The position numbers and the translations under genes were made by a program. Shown here one piece after another: positions 1 through 8,967 of a DNA stretch of 64,000 nt (position 1 is its first letter; each line of letters begins with the position of its first letter). The DNA lies in contig OY729432.1 of the NCBI GenBank assembly GCA_963422385.1, positions 355,376 to 419,375 of the forward strand. The letters run 5' to 3'. The notes under the pieces were generated by a model that did not search any database, was not told where the DNA came from, and saw only the letters and a list, made by a program, of their open reading frames with translations. The DNA comes from Candidatus Binatia bacterium. Lineage in GTDB: Bacteria > Desulfobacterota > Binatia > UBA9968 > JAJDTQ01.

Positions 1-683
1 TCGTCCAGGATCTTGCGCGTCTCCCGGACCATCTTCATCTCTTCCCTGGTGTAACCGTTGGGCAGGAACGAATCGATGTGCGGGATGCAGTTGAACGCGA
101 TCTGGTGCGGGAACTGCTCGCACTCCACCTCGTGGTTGTTGAACAACGCCGCGGTCTGCTTGCCGAGCTCCTCCATGGCCCGGCGGCCGGCTCCGGAAAC
201 CGACTGGTAGGTAGACACCACGATGCGGGTGATGCCTGCGGCGTCGTACAAGGGCTTCAGCGCCACTACCATCTGGATGGTGGAGCAGTTGGGGTTGGCG
301 ATGATGCCCCGGTGGACATGCTCGGCGATCTTGTCGGCGTTGACCTCCGGAACCACCAGCGGGATCTCGTCGTCCATCCGGAAATGGCTGGTATTGTCGA
401 TAACCACGGCGCCGGCGGCCACCGCGACCTGGGCGTACCGGGCACTGACCGACGAGCCCGCCGAGAACAGCGCGATGTCCACGTCTTCGAAAGAATCGTC
501 GTCCAGCACCTCTACCGGAATCTGCCGGCCGTCGAAATCGAGCCGCTGGCCGGCGGATCGCTCGGACGCCAGCAAACGAAGCGTGTCCACGGGGAACAGA
601 CGCTCCTTGAGAATCTTCCGCATCTCCTCGCCCACCGCTCCGGTGGCTCCCACTACCGCGACGTTGTACTTTTCTTTGCTCAT
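1..683 (-). CDS. asd: aspartate-semialdehyde dehydrogenase, N-terminal part (gene runs off the window start)
   Basis: Absent from the ORF track because no stop lies in the window. Manual minus-strand translation from ATG 683-681 gives [25 protein letters not shown]...[19 protein letters not shown]...[11 protein letters not shown]. This shows the Rossmann GxxGxxG and the NPNCST active-site block of Asd. Confidence 0.9.
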   Translation of the reverse strand, partial: MSKEKYNVAVVGATGAVGEEMRKILKERLFPVDTLRLLASERSAGQRLDFDGRQIPVEVLDDDSFEDVDIALFSAGSSVSARYAQVAVAAGAVVIDNTSHFRMDDEIPLVVPEVNADKIAEHVHRGIIANPNCSTIQMVVALKPLYDAAGITRIVVSTYQSVSGAGRRAMEELGKQTAALFNNHEVECEQFPHQIAFNCIPHIDSFLPNGYTREEMKMVRETRKILD

Positions 684-690
684 GGTCACG

Positions 691-1785
691 CTACGCTACG
701 CGGTTGGCGGCAATCTCCTGCCGCACCAGCGAGCCCATCTCCCTGCAACCCACCACCGGTGCCTTCCCTTCGGTGATGTCCAGGGTGCGGTGACCGGCCT
801 CGAGTACCCGCTCCACCGCCTGCTCGATGCAGTCGGCGGCGGCCCCCTGGTCGAAGGAGTGACGCAGCATGAGCGCCACCGTCAGAATGGTGGCCAGCGG
901 GTTGGCCTTGTCCTGCCCGGCAATGTCCGGTGCGCTGCCGTGCACCGGCTCGTACATGCCCACCTTGCCGCCGAGGCTGGCCGACGGCAGCATGCCGATG
1001 GAACCCGTGAGCATGGCGGCTTCGTCGCTCAGGATGTCTCCGAACATGTTGGTGGTGACGATGACGTCGAACTGCCGGGGATCCCGAATGAGTTGCATGG
1101 CGCAGTTGTCCACCAGCACGTGGTCGAGCTCGACGTCGCCGTAGCCTTCCTCGTCGTGGATCCGGGTCACCACCTTGCGCCACAGCTCGGTGGACTCCAG
1201 CACGTTGGCCTTGTCCACCGAGGTCACCCGGCCGCGCCTCCTGCGGGCGGCGTCGAAAGCCACCCGGGCGATCCGTTCGATCTCGGGCGTCGTGTAGACG
1301 AGGGTGTTGACGCCGCGCTCGGTCCCGTCGGGCTCGGCGGTGACGCCCTTGGGCTGCCCGAAGTAGATGCCGCCGGTGAGCTCCCGCACGACGATCAGAT
1401 CGGTTCCCTCCACCACCTCGGGCTTGAGGGTCGATGCCTGCGCCAGCGGCGCGAACAGCTTCACCGGACGCAGATTGGCGAACAATCCCAGCTCCTGGCG
1501 CAACGCCAGCAACGCCCGCTCGGGACGGATGGAGTAGTCCAGTCCATCCCACTTGGGGCCGCCCATGGCCCCCAACACCACCGCATCGCTGGACTTGGCC
1601 TGGGCCAGGACCTGGTCGGTCAGGGGCGTTCCGTGAGCGTCGATGGATGCTCCGCCCACCAGCCCCTCCTCGACGTCGACGGTGAAACCGAAGATCTCGC
1701 CCGCCTGTTGCAGCACCGTCATGGCCTCTGCCACGACTTCCGGACCGATGCCGTCGCCCGGAAGCATCATCAGCTTGTGACTCAT
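691..1785 (-). CDS. leuB: 3-isopropylmalate dehydrogenase
   Basis: 364-aa ORF reading [18 protein letters not shown]...LYFGQPKG...[16 protein letters not shown], the typical isocitrate/isopropylmalate dehydrogenase signature. Its ATG overlaps the leuA stop (ATGA). Confidence 0.95.
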   Translation of the reverse strand: MSHKLMMLPGDGIGPEVVAEAMTVLQQAGEIFGFTVDVEEGLVGGASIDAHGTPLTDQVLAQAKSSDAVVLGAMGGPKWDGLDYSIRPERALLALRQELGLFANLRPVKLFAPLAQASTLKPEVVEGTDLIVVRELTGGIYFGQPKGVTAEPDGTERGVNTLVYTTPEIERIARVAFDAARRRRGRVTSVDKANVLESTELWRKVVTRIHDEEGYGDVELDHVLVDNCAMQLIRDPRQFDVIVTTNMFGDILSDEAAMLTGSIGMLPSASLGGKVGMYEPVHGSAPDIAGQDKANPLATILTVALMLRHSFDQGAAADCIEQAVERVLEAGHRTLDITEGKAPVVGCREMGSLVRQEIAANRVA

Positions 1786-3338
1786 GGACCCCCCTCAACT
1801 GCAGCCCGACGGTGGCGCTTGCGATATTCCAGACGGTTCAACGCGTTCACGTATGCCAGCGCACTCGCCATGATGATGTCCGTGTGGGAACCTTTCCCGG
1901 AGATGTTGACGTCCTTTTCCTCAAGCATGCACGACACCTCGCCCTGGGCGTCGGTGCCGCCAGTGACGCTCGAAACCGAGTAGCGCCGCAGCTTCGCGCT
2001 GCTGCCGGAAATCCTGGCGATGGCTTTATAACACGCATCCACCACCCCGTCACCCGTGTCGTGCGCCATCCTCTCCTCGCCGTCCACCCGCATCCGTACG
2101 GTGGCCGACGGCACTGCGGATGAGCTCGACGCAATGTTCATGTACACCAGCTCGTATCGGTCCGGCTGGCCCGGTATTCTCAGCACCTCGTCCGCCACCA
2201 AGGTCTCGATGTCCTCGTCGAACACCTCTTTCTTCTTGTCGGCAAGCTGCTTGAACCGCTCGAAGGCGCGGTTGATTTCATTCTTGCCGAGCGAAAAACC
2301 GAGTTGCTGCAACCTCTCTCCGAAGGCGTGCCGGCCGGAGTGTTTGCCCATCACCAGCCGGTTGCCCGTGATGCCGACGGTCTCGGGCTTCATGATCTCG
2401 TAGGTCAGCTTCTGCTTCAGCACGCCGTCCTGGTGGATCCCGGCCTCGTGGGCAAAGGCGTTGTCTCCCACGATCGGTTTGTTGAGCGGCACCGCGATGC
2501 CGGTAACCTGGGACAGCAGACGCGACGTCGGATAGATCTGCTCGGTGTGGATGCGCGTGTCGAGATTAAAGACCGGTTGCCGCGTCTTGAGGGCCATGAC
2601 CACCTCTTCCAGCGAGGTATTGCCGGCCCGCTCGCCGATGCCGTTCACCGTACACTCCACCTGCCGCGCCCCGTTGGCCACCGCCGCCAGGGAGTTGGCC
2701 ACGGCCAGGCCCAGGTCGTTGTGGCAGTGGGCGCTCCAGGTGACCTTCTCCGAGCCCTCGGTATTCTCGATCAGGTACCGCACCAGCTCGCCGAACTCCG
2801 ACGGGATGGCGTAGCCCGTGGTATCCGGGACGTTAAGGGTCTTCGCGCCGGCCCTGATGGCCTCGGCGAAGACTTCCAACAGAAACCCCGGGTCGCTGCG
2901 AGAAGCGTCCTCCGCCGAGAACTCGACATAGTCCAGATACCTCCGGGCCTGCACCACCGCCGTGCCCACCGACTCCAGCACCTCCTCCCGGGACATCCGG
3001 AGCTTGTGCTTCATATGGATGTCGGAGGTGGCGATGAAGGTGTGGAGCCCGGGCTTTCGCGCCCCTTCCACCGACTTGACGGCCTTCCGGATATCGCCCT
3101 GCTGCGCTCTCGCCAGACTCAGCACGACGGGACGCTTGACGGCCTTGCACACTTGCACCACGGACTCGAAGTCCCCCGGCGACGACACGGCGAAGCCGGC
3201 CTCGATCACGTCCACTCCCAGCTTTTCGAGTTGACGGGCAATCAGGACCTTCTCGTCGATGTTCATGCTTGCCCCGGGCGACTGCTCGCCGTCCCTGAGG
3301 GTGGTATCGAAAATGTTCACAACGTTTTTGGCGTCCAT
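1782..3338 (-). CDS. leuA: 2-isopropylmalate synthase
   Basis: Motifs [16 protein letters not shown] and [16 protein letters not shown], plus a C-terminal LeuA regulatory domain. Start placed at ATG 3338 (MDAKNV), which is preceded by GAGGAGGAAG; the track start at 3353 is a TTG. Confidence 0.93.
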   Translation of the reverse strand: MDAKNVVNIFDTTLRDGEQSPGASMNIDEKVLIARQLEKLGVDVIEAGFAVSSPGDFESVVQVCKAVKRPVVLSLARAQQGDIRKAVKSVEGARKPGLHTFIATSDIHMKHKLRMSREEVLESVGTAVVQARRYLDYVEFSAEDASRSDPGFLLEVFAEAIRAGAKTLNVPDTTGYAIPSEFGELVRYLIENTEGSEKVTWSAHCHNDLGLAVANSLAAVANGARQVECTVNGIGERAGNTSLEEVVMALKTRQPVFNLDTRIHTEQIYPTSRLLSQVTGIAVPLNKPIVGDNAFAHEAGIHQDGVLKQKLTYEIMKPETVGITGNRLVMGKHSGRHAFGERLQQLGFSLGKNEINRAFERFKQLADKKKEVFDEDIETLVADEVLRIPGQPDRYELVYMNIASSSSAVPSATVRMRVDGEERMAHDTGDGVVDACYKAIARISGSSAKLRRYSVSSVTGGTDAQGEVSCMLEEKDVNISGKGSHTDIIMASALAYVNALNRLEYRKRHRRAAVEGGP

Positions 3339-3351
3339 GGTCTTCCTCCTC

Positions 3352-3385
3352 AAAAAAAAACTCCCGCGGCGGTCCGGCGGGAGTT
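3352..3385 (-). terminator. intrinsic terminator after pssA, abutting the leuA ribosome-binding site
   Basis: The minus strand reads ACTCCCGCCGGACCGCCGCGGGAGT followed by T9, then GAGGAGGAAGACC-ATG of leuA. This is a GC stem plus U-tract. Confidence 0.75.
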
Positions 3386-3415
3386 TGGATCATGCAAGCT
3401 GAGGTTCGCTTTTGG

Positions 3416-4252
3416 TCAGGCTTGTATGAGTGCCTGCTCTTCCCTCCGTCGCTTTCGCACGGCGAGCAGCCCTAACAGGGGACCCGATAGGGTGTACGAC
3501 AATAACGCCGAGAACAGCACGATTTGCCACATTGCGATGGTTAGTATAACGACTGCAAGCGCGGAAAGCAACAACCCCATGGTGCTGCGTTTCTTGAAAT
3601 GGTGCTGTTTCAGGCTGAAATAGCGGAAATTGCTCACCATCAGCCCCGCCAGCACACACGCGATGACGATAAAGACCAAGGGCTTGCTGCCGGTGTTCTC
3701 GAGCCCCAGCATGAAGTACATGAAGAGGGTGGCCGCGATCATGGCGGCGGCGGCCGGAATCGGCAATCCGGTAAAGTAGCTCTTTTCCGCAGCCAGGGTC
3801 TGGACGTTGAAGCGCGCCAGGCGCAAAGCCCCGCAAACGGCGAACAGCGCCGCCCCGAACCCGCCCCAGGTACCCCACGGTTCGAGCGCGAAGACGTAGG
3901 CCAGAACGGCCGGGGCCACCCCGAACGAGACCACGTCGGCCAGGGAATCGAACTCGACGCCGAACTGGCTGGTCGTGTGGGTCAGCCGCGCCACCGTGCC
4001 GTCGACGCCGTCCAACAGGCTCGCGGCCACGATCAACAGGGCGGCCTTGTGGTACTCACCGTTGATGGCGAACAGGATGGCGAATACGCCACAGAAGAGA
4101 TTCCCCGCCGTGAACAGGCTGGGCAGCAGATATATGCCCTGGCGCAACCGGTTCGCCGGACCCCTGCGCTTGACGCGGCGGCGCCTGCCCTTCTCCCTCG
4201 GAATGAGCCGAACCCTTCTGAACCGCGACTCGGACTTTTCGTTGCTGTCCAT
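3416..4252 (-). CDS. pssA: CDP-diacylglycerol--serine O-phosphatidyltransferase
   Basis: CDP-alcohol phosphatidyltransferase block LLDGVDGTVARL...FGVEFDSLADVVSFG and multiple TM segments. ATG 4252 (MDSNEK) is preferred, because the track start at 4285 is a GTG inside a repeat motif. Confidence 0.85.
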   Translation of the reverse strand: MDSNEKSESRFRRVRLIPREKGRRRRVKRRGPANRLRQGIYLLPSLFTAGNLFCGVFAILFAINGEYHKAALLIVAASLLDGVDGTVARLTHTTSQFGVEFDSLADVVSFGVAPAVLAYVFALEPWGTWGGFGAALFAVCGALRLARFNVQTLAAEKSYFTGLPIPAAAAMIAATLFMYFMLGLENTGSKPLVFIVIACVLAGLMVSNFRYFSLKQHHFKKRSTMGLLLSALAVVILTIAMWQIVLFSALLSYTLSGPLLGLLAVRKRRREEQALIQA

Positions 4253-4276
4253 CACATCTGTAACCCTGTTTGCGAG

Positions 4277-4293
4277 ACGGGACACGACACTAG
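4277..4293. repeat. solo MITE-terminus-like motif ACGGGACACGACACTAG containing the psd TAG stop
   Basis: Identical over 16 nt (CGGGACACGACACTAG) to 22571-22586 and near-identical to the right ends of the 165-bp elements. The complement of 4290-4292 is the psd stop codon. Confidence 0.6.
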
Positions 4294-4976
4294 AGTCTGG
4301 CGACGACGGTTTCCCCGCCCCGGACCCGCTGGCCGGGGTGCACTTCGACGGTTGCAGCCCGCGGCAGGAACAGGTCTACGCGGGATCCGAACATGATCAT
4401 GCCAAAACGCTCGCCCCGCTTCAACGAATCACCGCGGCCTACGTAACACACGATCCGACGGGCGAGAAAGCCCGCGACCTGCACGATACGAAACGTTCTG
4501 CCCCCATCGTCCACGAGATCAATGGCATTGCGTTCGTTCTCCTCGGATGCCTTGCCCTTGTAGGCCGCCAGGAAGTGACCCGTCTGATAGCGGACATCGG
4601 TCACCCGTCCGTTCATCGGGGCCCGGTTGATGTGCACATCCAGGGGAGAAAGAAAGATGCTGAGCCTGCGGCTGTCAGCGGCCGAGACATCGCCGACGGA
4701 CACCACCTTGCCGTCCGCCGGAGACACGACGATGCCTTCCCCGTCCGGCGAAACGCGCTTTGGATCGCGAAAGAACCCTGCCACCACCGCCGCCGCCGCC
4801 GCCAGTACCGCCCCGGCCACGAACCAGCCCACGGCCGAGGCAGCGGCCGCCAGCCCCAACAAGGTGAAAACGAACCGATAACCTTCCTTCGCGATCCTTA
4901 TGGGAATGTCCTCCAATGCGCCGTTGGCGGTCTGTGTCAGCCCACAGGCGGTCGGGCAGGGGCGGGCTTGAAACAC
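4290..4976 (-). CDS. psd: phosphatidylserine decarboxylase (short type)
   Basis: Motifs IAKEGYRFV, LSPLDVHINRAPMNGRV and FGSRVDLFLP (Gly-Ser self-cleavage region). The start is uncertain because GTG 4976 lies inside a half hairpin repeat. Confidence 0.85.
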   Translation of the reverse strand: MFQARPCPTACGLTQTANGALEDIPIRIAKEGYRFVFTLLGLAAAASAVGWFVAGAVLAAAAAVVAGFFRDPKRVSPDGEGIVVSPADGKVVSVGDVSAADSRRLSIFLSPLDVHINRAPMNGRVTDVRYQTGHFLAAYKGKASEENERNAIDLVDDGGRTFRIVQVAGFLARRIVCYVGRGDSLKRGERFGMIMFGSRVDLFLPRAATVEVHPGQRVRGGETVVARL

Positions 4977-4984
4977 GACACTAG
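4957..4984. repeat. half REP-like hairpin (CAGGGGCGGGCTTGAAAC) fused to an ACACGACACTAG motif that carries the ilvC stop
   Basis: The left arm and loop match the hairpins at 14177, 40326, 54549 and 58652, but the right arm is replaced by ACGACACTAG. The complement of 4981-4983 is the ilvC TAG. Confidence 0.6.
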
Positions 4985-5997
4985 TTCTTGCTCTTGTCCA
5001 CCAGCCGGTTCTCGGCCAGCCACGGCATCATCGACCTGAGCTGCTCACCCACCTTCTCGATGGGATGGCTCCGGGAGGCCTGGCGCAGCTCGTTGAACTG
5101 CGGCGAGCCGGCACGGTGCTCGTCCATCCACTCGTCGGCGAATCTTCCCGATTGAATGTCCGCCAGGATCTCCTTCATGACCTTGCGGGTGTCGTCTCCG
5201 ACGATCCGTCTCCCCCGGGTGAGATCACCGTACTCCGCAGTGTTGCTGACGGAGTAGCGCATGTTGGCCAGCCCGCCCTCATATATCAGATCGACGATCA
5301 GCTTGACCTCGTGACAGCACTCGAAGTAGGCCATTTCCGGCGGATAGCCCGCCTCCACCAAGGTTTCGTAGCCCGCCTGGATCAGCGACGTAAGGCCGCC
5401 GCAGAGTACCGTTTGTTCGCCGAACAGGTCTGTTTCCGTCTCGTCCTTGAAGCTGGTCTCGATGACCGCGGCGCGGGCGCCGCCGATGGCGGCGGCATAA
5501 GCCAGACCCACCGGCGTGGTATCTCCGGAGGGATCCTGCTCGACGGCCAGGAGACAAGGCACTCCCCTGCCCCGCTCGAACTCGCTCCGCACCAGGTGGC
5601 CGGGCCCCTTAGGGGCCACCATGAAGACATTGACGTCCTCGGGAGGAACCACCCGCTTGAAGTGGATATTGAAGCCGTGCCCGAAGGCGAGGTAGTTTCC
5701 CGGCTTGAGACCGGGCCGGATGACCTCCTTGTAGACGTCTCCCTGAAGCTCGTCGGGCAGCAGCACCATGACCACGTCCCCCGCTTCGGCCGCCTCCGCG
5801 GTCTCCATCACCGTCAGGCCGGCATCCGCCGCCTTGGCCCAGGACGCGCTGTCGCGCATCAATCCCACCACCACGTCCACGCCGGAGTCGCGCAGATTGC
5901 TGGCGTGTGCGTGTCCCTGGCTGCCGTAACCGAGTACCGTGACCTTGCGGTCGCGGATCCGGCTCAGGTCCGCGTCCTGGTCATAGTAGACCTGCAT
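4981..5997 (-). CDS. ilvC: ketol-acid reductoisomerase
   Basis: 338-aa class I KARI: [12 protein letters not shown]...[21 protein letters not shown]...FGHGFNIHF... Confidence 0.95.
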   Translation of the reverse strand: MQVYYDQDADLSRIRDRKVTVLGYGSQGHAHASNLRDSGVDVVVGLMRDSASWAKAADAGLTVMETAEAAEAGDVVMVLLPDELQGDVYKEVIRPGLKPGNYLAFGHGFNIHFKRVVPPEDVNVFMVAPKGPGHLVRSEFERGRGVPCLLAVEQDPSGDTTPVGLAYAAAIGGARAAVIETSFKDETETDLFGEQTVLCGGLTSLIQAGYETLVEAGYPPEMAYFECCHEVKLIVDLIYEGGLANMRYSVSNTAEYGDLTRGRRIVGDDTRKVMKEILADIQSGRFADEWMDEHRAGSPQFNELRQASRSHPIEKVGEQLRSMMPWLAENRLVDKSKN

Positions 5998-6012
5998 GTC
6001 AAACCTCCCTGT

Positions 6013-6177
6013 CTAGTGTTCCGTCTTACAAATAGGGTTGCAAATCTGCCGGTCTTTCTTGCCGTCGGCTGCGTTGCTCCTCCTCGCCTGGTATCGGGCA
6101 CTGCTCGTCGTCGCGCCTTGCCGACAACAGGAAATCCTGCACATCTTTGTAAACCTGTTTGTGGGACAGAACACTGG
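6013..6177. mobile_element. divergent copy of the 165-bp MITE-like element, in the ilvN-ilvC spacer
   Basis: Ends CTAGTGTTCCGTC...GGGACAGAACACTGG form imperfect terminal inverted repeats. The core GCCGTCGGCTGCGTTGCTC..CTCGC.TGGTAT.GGCACTGCTCGTC.TCGCGCCTTGCCGACAACA.GAAATCCTGC aligns with 20919-21083. Confidence 0.7.
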
Positions 6178-6209
6178 CAACCTGGAACCGAAGCCCGGCA
6201 GAGCCCCGG

Positions 6210-6689
6210 CTACAGCGATTCGCGCGCGACGGCGATGCGGCCCGTGCGAACGATCTCCTTGATGCCCATGGGCTTCAACAAGTTGATCACCGCCTGAATT
6301 TTGCCGGCGTCCCCCGACACTTCGAGGGTATAGGTCTGCGGGGTCGAGTCGACGATGTTGGCGCGGAAGATATGCGCGATCCGCATGGCCTCGTCCCGGT
6401 GGGCCTGCTTGGCCAGGATCCTTATCAGCGCCGTTTCCCGGTCGATGTGGTCCTCTTCGGTGAGGTCCACGACCTTGAGAACTTCGATGACCTTGTTGAG
6501 CTGTTTCATGATCTGCTCGATGACGTCCTCGTCACCCGAGGTCACTACCGTGATCATGGATATACTGGAATCCGGGGTCGGAGCCACGGACAGACTCTCG
6601 ATGTTGTAACCTCGTGCACTGAACAAGCCGGCCACGCGCGCAAGCACACCGGCTTTGTTCTCAACCAGAACCGAGATGATGTGTTCCAT
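6210..6689 (-). CDS. ilvN: acetolactate synthase small (regulatory) subunit
   Basis: MEHIISVLVENKAGVLARVAGLFSARGYNIESLSVAPT is the ACT domain of IlvN/IlvH. Start at ATG 6689; the longer track ORF to 7028 overlaps ilvB out of frame. Confidence 0.92.
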   Translation of the reverse strand: MEHIISVLVENKAGVLARVAGLFSARGYNIESLSVAPTPDSSISMITVVTSGDEDVIEQIMKQLNKVIEVLKVVDLTEEDHIDRETALIRILAKQAHRDEAMRIAHIFRANIVDSTPQTYTLEVSGDAGKIQAVINLLKPMGIKEIVRTGRIAVARESL

Positions 6690-6700
6690 CCGCCAAACCC

Positions 6701-8476
6701 CTACGCCGGCAGCACGGCGTCCACATCCTCTCCCTTTTTCCGCGAGGACCCGCGCGCGGTCCTCAGTTGAGGCGGATCTTCCAGCATCATCTCGTGCTGT
6801 GCGCCGCCGGCAGGGATCATCGGATAGCAGTTCTCGAACCGGTCGATGGCGAAGTTCATCAGCACCGGGCCCTTGTGCCTGAGCCCCTCCTTCAGCACCC
6901 CTTCCACGTCCGCGGGACCTTCCGAGTGCAGCCCGAGGATCCCGTAGGCCTCCGCGAGCTTGACAAAATCCGGGATGGCGCCCAAGTCGCTGGAAGCGTA
7001 ACGCCCCTGGTAGAAGAGGTCCTGCCACTGCCGCACCATTCCGTGGAACTGGTTGTTGAGCAAAATGATCTTGACCGGGAGCTTGTGGATGGCCGCCACC
7101 GCCAACTCCTGAAGATTCATCTGGAAGCTGCCTTCACTGGTGATGCAGAGCACGGTCTTGCTGGGATACGCCTTCTGCGCGCCGATGGCGGCCGGGAATC
7201 CGAAGCCCATGGTGCCGAGCCCGCCAGAGGTGAGAAAAGTGCGTTGGGTGGCGCCCTTGAAATACTGTGCCGCCCACATCTGGTGCTGACCCACGTCGGT
7301 CACGACGATGGCCTTGTGCCTGGTCAACTCGTAGGCCTTCTCGATGACGTACTGCGGTTTGGTCTCCTTCCTGCCTTCCTGCTGGTAGGACAGCGGATGC
7401 TCCGAAGCCCATTCGTTTACCTGCTTGAGCCACGGGCGGCGCTGCGCCTTGACGCTGGCAGGGTTGCCGTCCATGGAGCTCAACACGCCCACCAGCTCCC
7501 GCAACACCACCTTCACGTCGCCGACGATGGGGATGTGGGCGTGGACGTTCTTCTTGATGGAAGTCGGGTCGATGTCGATATGGATCACCCGGGCCCGGGG
7601 TGAGAACTCGGACAGCTTGCCGGTCACGCGGTCGTCGAACCGGGCGCCCACGGCGATGAGCAGGTCGGCCTCGTGCATGGCCATGTTGGCGCAGTACGTG
7701 CCGTGCATGCCCAGCATGCCCATGGACAGCGGATGGGTCCCGGGAAAGGAGCCGAGGCCCATCACCGTCATGGTCACGGGGATCTGCGTCATATCCGCGA
7801 ACTCGCGCACCTCGTTGGCCGCGCCGGAAAAGACCGCTCCGCCGCCCACGTAGATGACCGGCTTCTTCGCCTTCAGGATCTCGCTGGCGGCCTGCTTGAT
7901 CTGGTAGCGGTTGCCGGACACCGTAGGGCGGTATCCCCGAAGGTTGACCTTGTCGGGATAGCGGAACTCGGCGGATTCGGTGCTCACGTCCTTGGGGATA
8001 TCCACCAGCACCGGACCCGGGCGGCCCGTGTTGGCGATGTAGAAGGCCTCCTTGATGGTGGCGGCGAGGTCGGCGACGTCCTGCACCAAGACGTTGTGCT
8101 TGGTGCAGGGACGGCTGATCCCGATGTTGTCCGCTTCCTGGAACGCGTCGTTGCCGATGAGGCTGGTGGGAACCTGTCCGGTGAACGCCACCAGCGGCAC
8201 GGAGTCCATCATGGCGTCCGCCAGGCCCGTTACGATGTTGGTCATCCCCGGACCCGAAGTCACCAAGGCAACGCCGGCCTTGCCCGTGGCCTTGCCGTAG
8301 CCCTCGGCCATGTGCACCGCGCCTTGCTCGTGCCGGGTCAGGATAACCTCGACGTCTTTCTGTTGGTGCAGGACGTCAAACAGCTTGAGGACCACTCCGC
8401 CGGGAATTCCGAAAATGGTCTTCACTCCCTCGCGCTTGAGCGACTCCACAAATATTTCCGACCCGGTCAACTTCAT
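6701..8476 (-). CDS. ilvB: acetolactate synthase large subunit (biosynthetic type)
   Basis: 591 aa reading MKLTGSEIFVESLKREGVKTIFGIPGG...GGLGTMGFGFPAAIGA, a ThDP-binding enzyme of the AHAS type. Confidence 0.95.
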   Translation of the reverse strand: MKLTGSEIFVESLKREGVKTIFGIPGGVVLKLFDVLHQQKDVEVILTRHEQGAVHMAEGYGKATGKAGVALVTSGPGMTNIVTGLADAMMDSVPLVAFTGQVPTSLIGNDAFQEADNIGISRPCTKHNVLVQDVADLAATIKEAFYIANTGRPGPVLVDIPKDVSTESAEFRYPDKVNLRGYRPTVSGNRYQIKQAASEILKAKKPVIYVGGGAVFSGAANEVREFADMTQIPVTMTVMGLGSFPGTHPLSMGMLGMHGTYCANMAMHEADLLIAVGARFDDRVTGKLSEFSPRARVIHIDIDPTSIKKNVHAHIPIVGDVKVVLRELVGVLSSMDGNPASVKAQRRPWLKQVNEWASEHPLSYQQEGRKETKPQYVIEKAYELTRHKAIVVTDVGQHQMWAAQYFKGATQRTFLTSGGLGTMGFGFPAAIGAQKAYPSKTVLCITSEGSFQMNLQELAVAAIHKLPVKIILLNNQFHGMVRQWQDLFYQGRYASSDLGAIPDFVKLAEAYGILGLHSEGPADVEGVLKEGLRHKGPVLMNFAIDRFENCYPMIPAGGAQHEMMLEDPPQLRTARGSSRKKGEDVDAVLPA

Positions 8477-8485
8477 CGTATCTCC

Positions 8486-8713
8486 CTAACTCGCGGACTT
8501 GTACTTGCCGAGAATCTCCATGATCTTGTCCTTGCCTACGAGCTTGAGCTTCTGGATGCGCTTCTTCTCCATCTCCTCTTCCGGAGACAGGTAACCCTTG
8601 TCGTGCAGATCCACCAAACGCTTCTCGTACGCCAAGTGTTCTTCATAGTATTTGCGCAGTTCCGGGTCCTTATCCAAGACAGAGGCAATCATCTGCTCCT
8701 CTCTCTCCTCCAT
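8486..8713 (-). CDS. DUF465 (YdcH-like) small coiled-coil protein
   Basis: 75 aa: LRKYYEEHLAYEKRLVDLHDKGYLSPEEEMEKKRIQKLKLVGKDKI, the typical DUF465 pattern. It is the first gene downstream of a strong promoter-like site. Confidence 0.7.
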   Translation of the reverse strand: MEEREEQMIASVLDKDPELRKYYEEHLAYEKRLVDLHDKGYLSPEEEMEKKRIQKLKLVGKDKIMEILGKYKSAS

Positions 8714-8752
8714 TGGACGACCTCCTGATCGATGGTTTGGGGCAAGCCGTCA

Positions 8753-8781
8753 AATTTATCCAACGGCCACGTTTTTGTCAA
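8753..8781 (-). promoter_or_regulatory. sigma70-like promoter for the DUF465-ilvBNC transcription unit
   Basis: The minus strand reads TTGACA-17 nt (AAAACGTGGCCGTTGGA)-TAAATT, about 40 nt upstream of the DUF465 ATG. Confidence 0.5.
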
Positions 8782-8967
8782 TGAGCGGCCGCTGCCTGGC
8801 CAAGGCGACCCAAGGCTGGGTATGATGAGACGGGAACCGACTGCGAGTCCCGTCCGGGAGGCGCGGAGACGCGCGTCCGCTCCGAGTCAGGTGGTGGATT
8901 CAGGAGTGGCCGAGCCGCTCCCGTGCCTGGGAGCCAGTCTCGAAAATTCCTGCGCAATTTCATAAAC

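Noticed and set aside
223-1983. A 586-aa plus-strand ORF across asd/leuB. Similar long antisense ORFs occur at 2304-3623, 28862-30430, 30608-32035, 31843-33807, 33862-35073, 41219-42595, 46041-47432, 46987-48639, 49879-51153, 52354-54297, 54582-56114 and 56990-58666.
   Set aside because: All of them overlap well-supported genes on the opposite strand or in another frame. They lack recognisable motifs and show the Arg/Pro/Gly/His-rich composition of GC-driven open frames.
6210-7028. Long N-terminal extensions of ilvN (to 7028), ribF (to 19393), yggS (to 28868), the hydrolase gene (to 36373), the aminotransferase (to 56279) and aldH (to 58720).
   Set aside because: The extensions overlap upstream genes or repeats and are low-complexity. 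Internal ATGs coincide with the conserved protein N-termini and, in several cases, with good Shine-Dalgarno sites.
8790-8960. The structured-looking GC-rich stretch between tsaB and the DUF465 promoter (stems GACGGGA...TCCCGTC and GCGGA...TCCGC) as a possible ncRNA such as 6S or SRP RNA.
   Set aside because: I could not recognise any conserved ncRNA signature (no SRP GGAA/AGCA domain IV motif, no 6S-like central bubble). It is more simply explained as the tsaB 3-prime UTR or a terminator region.
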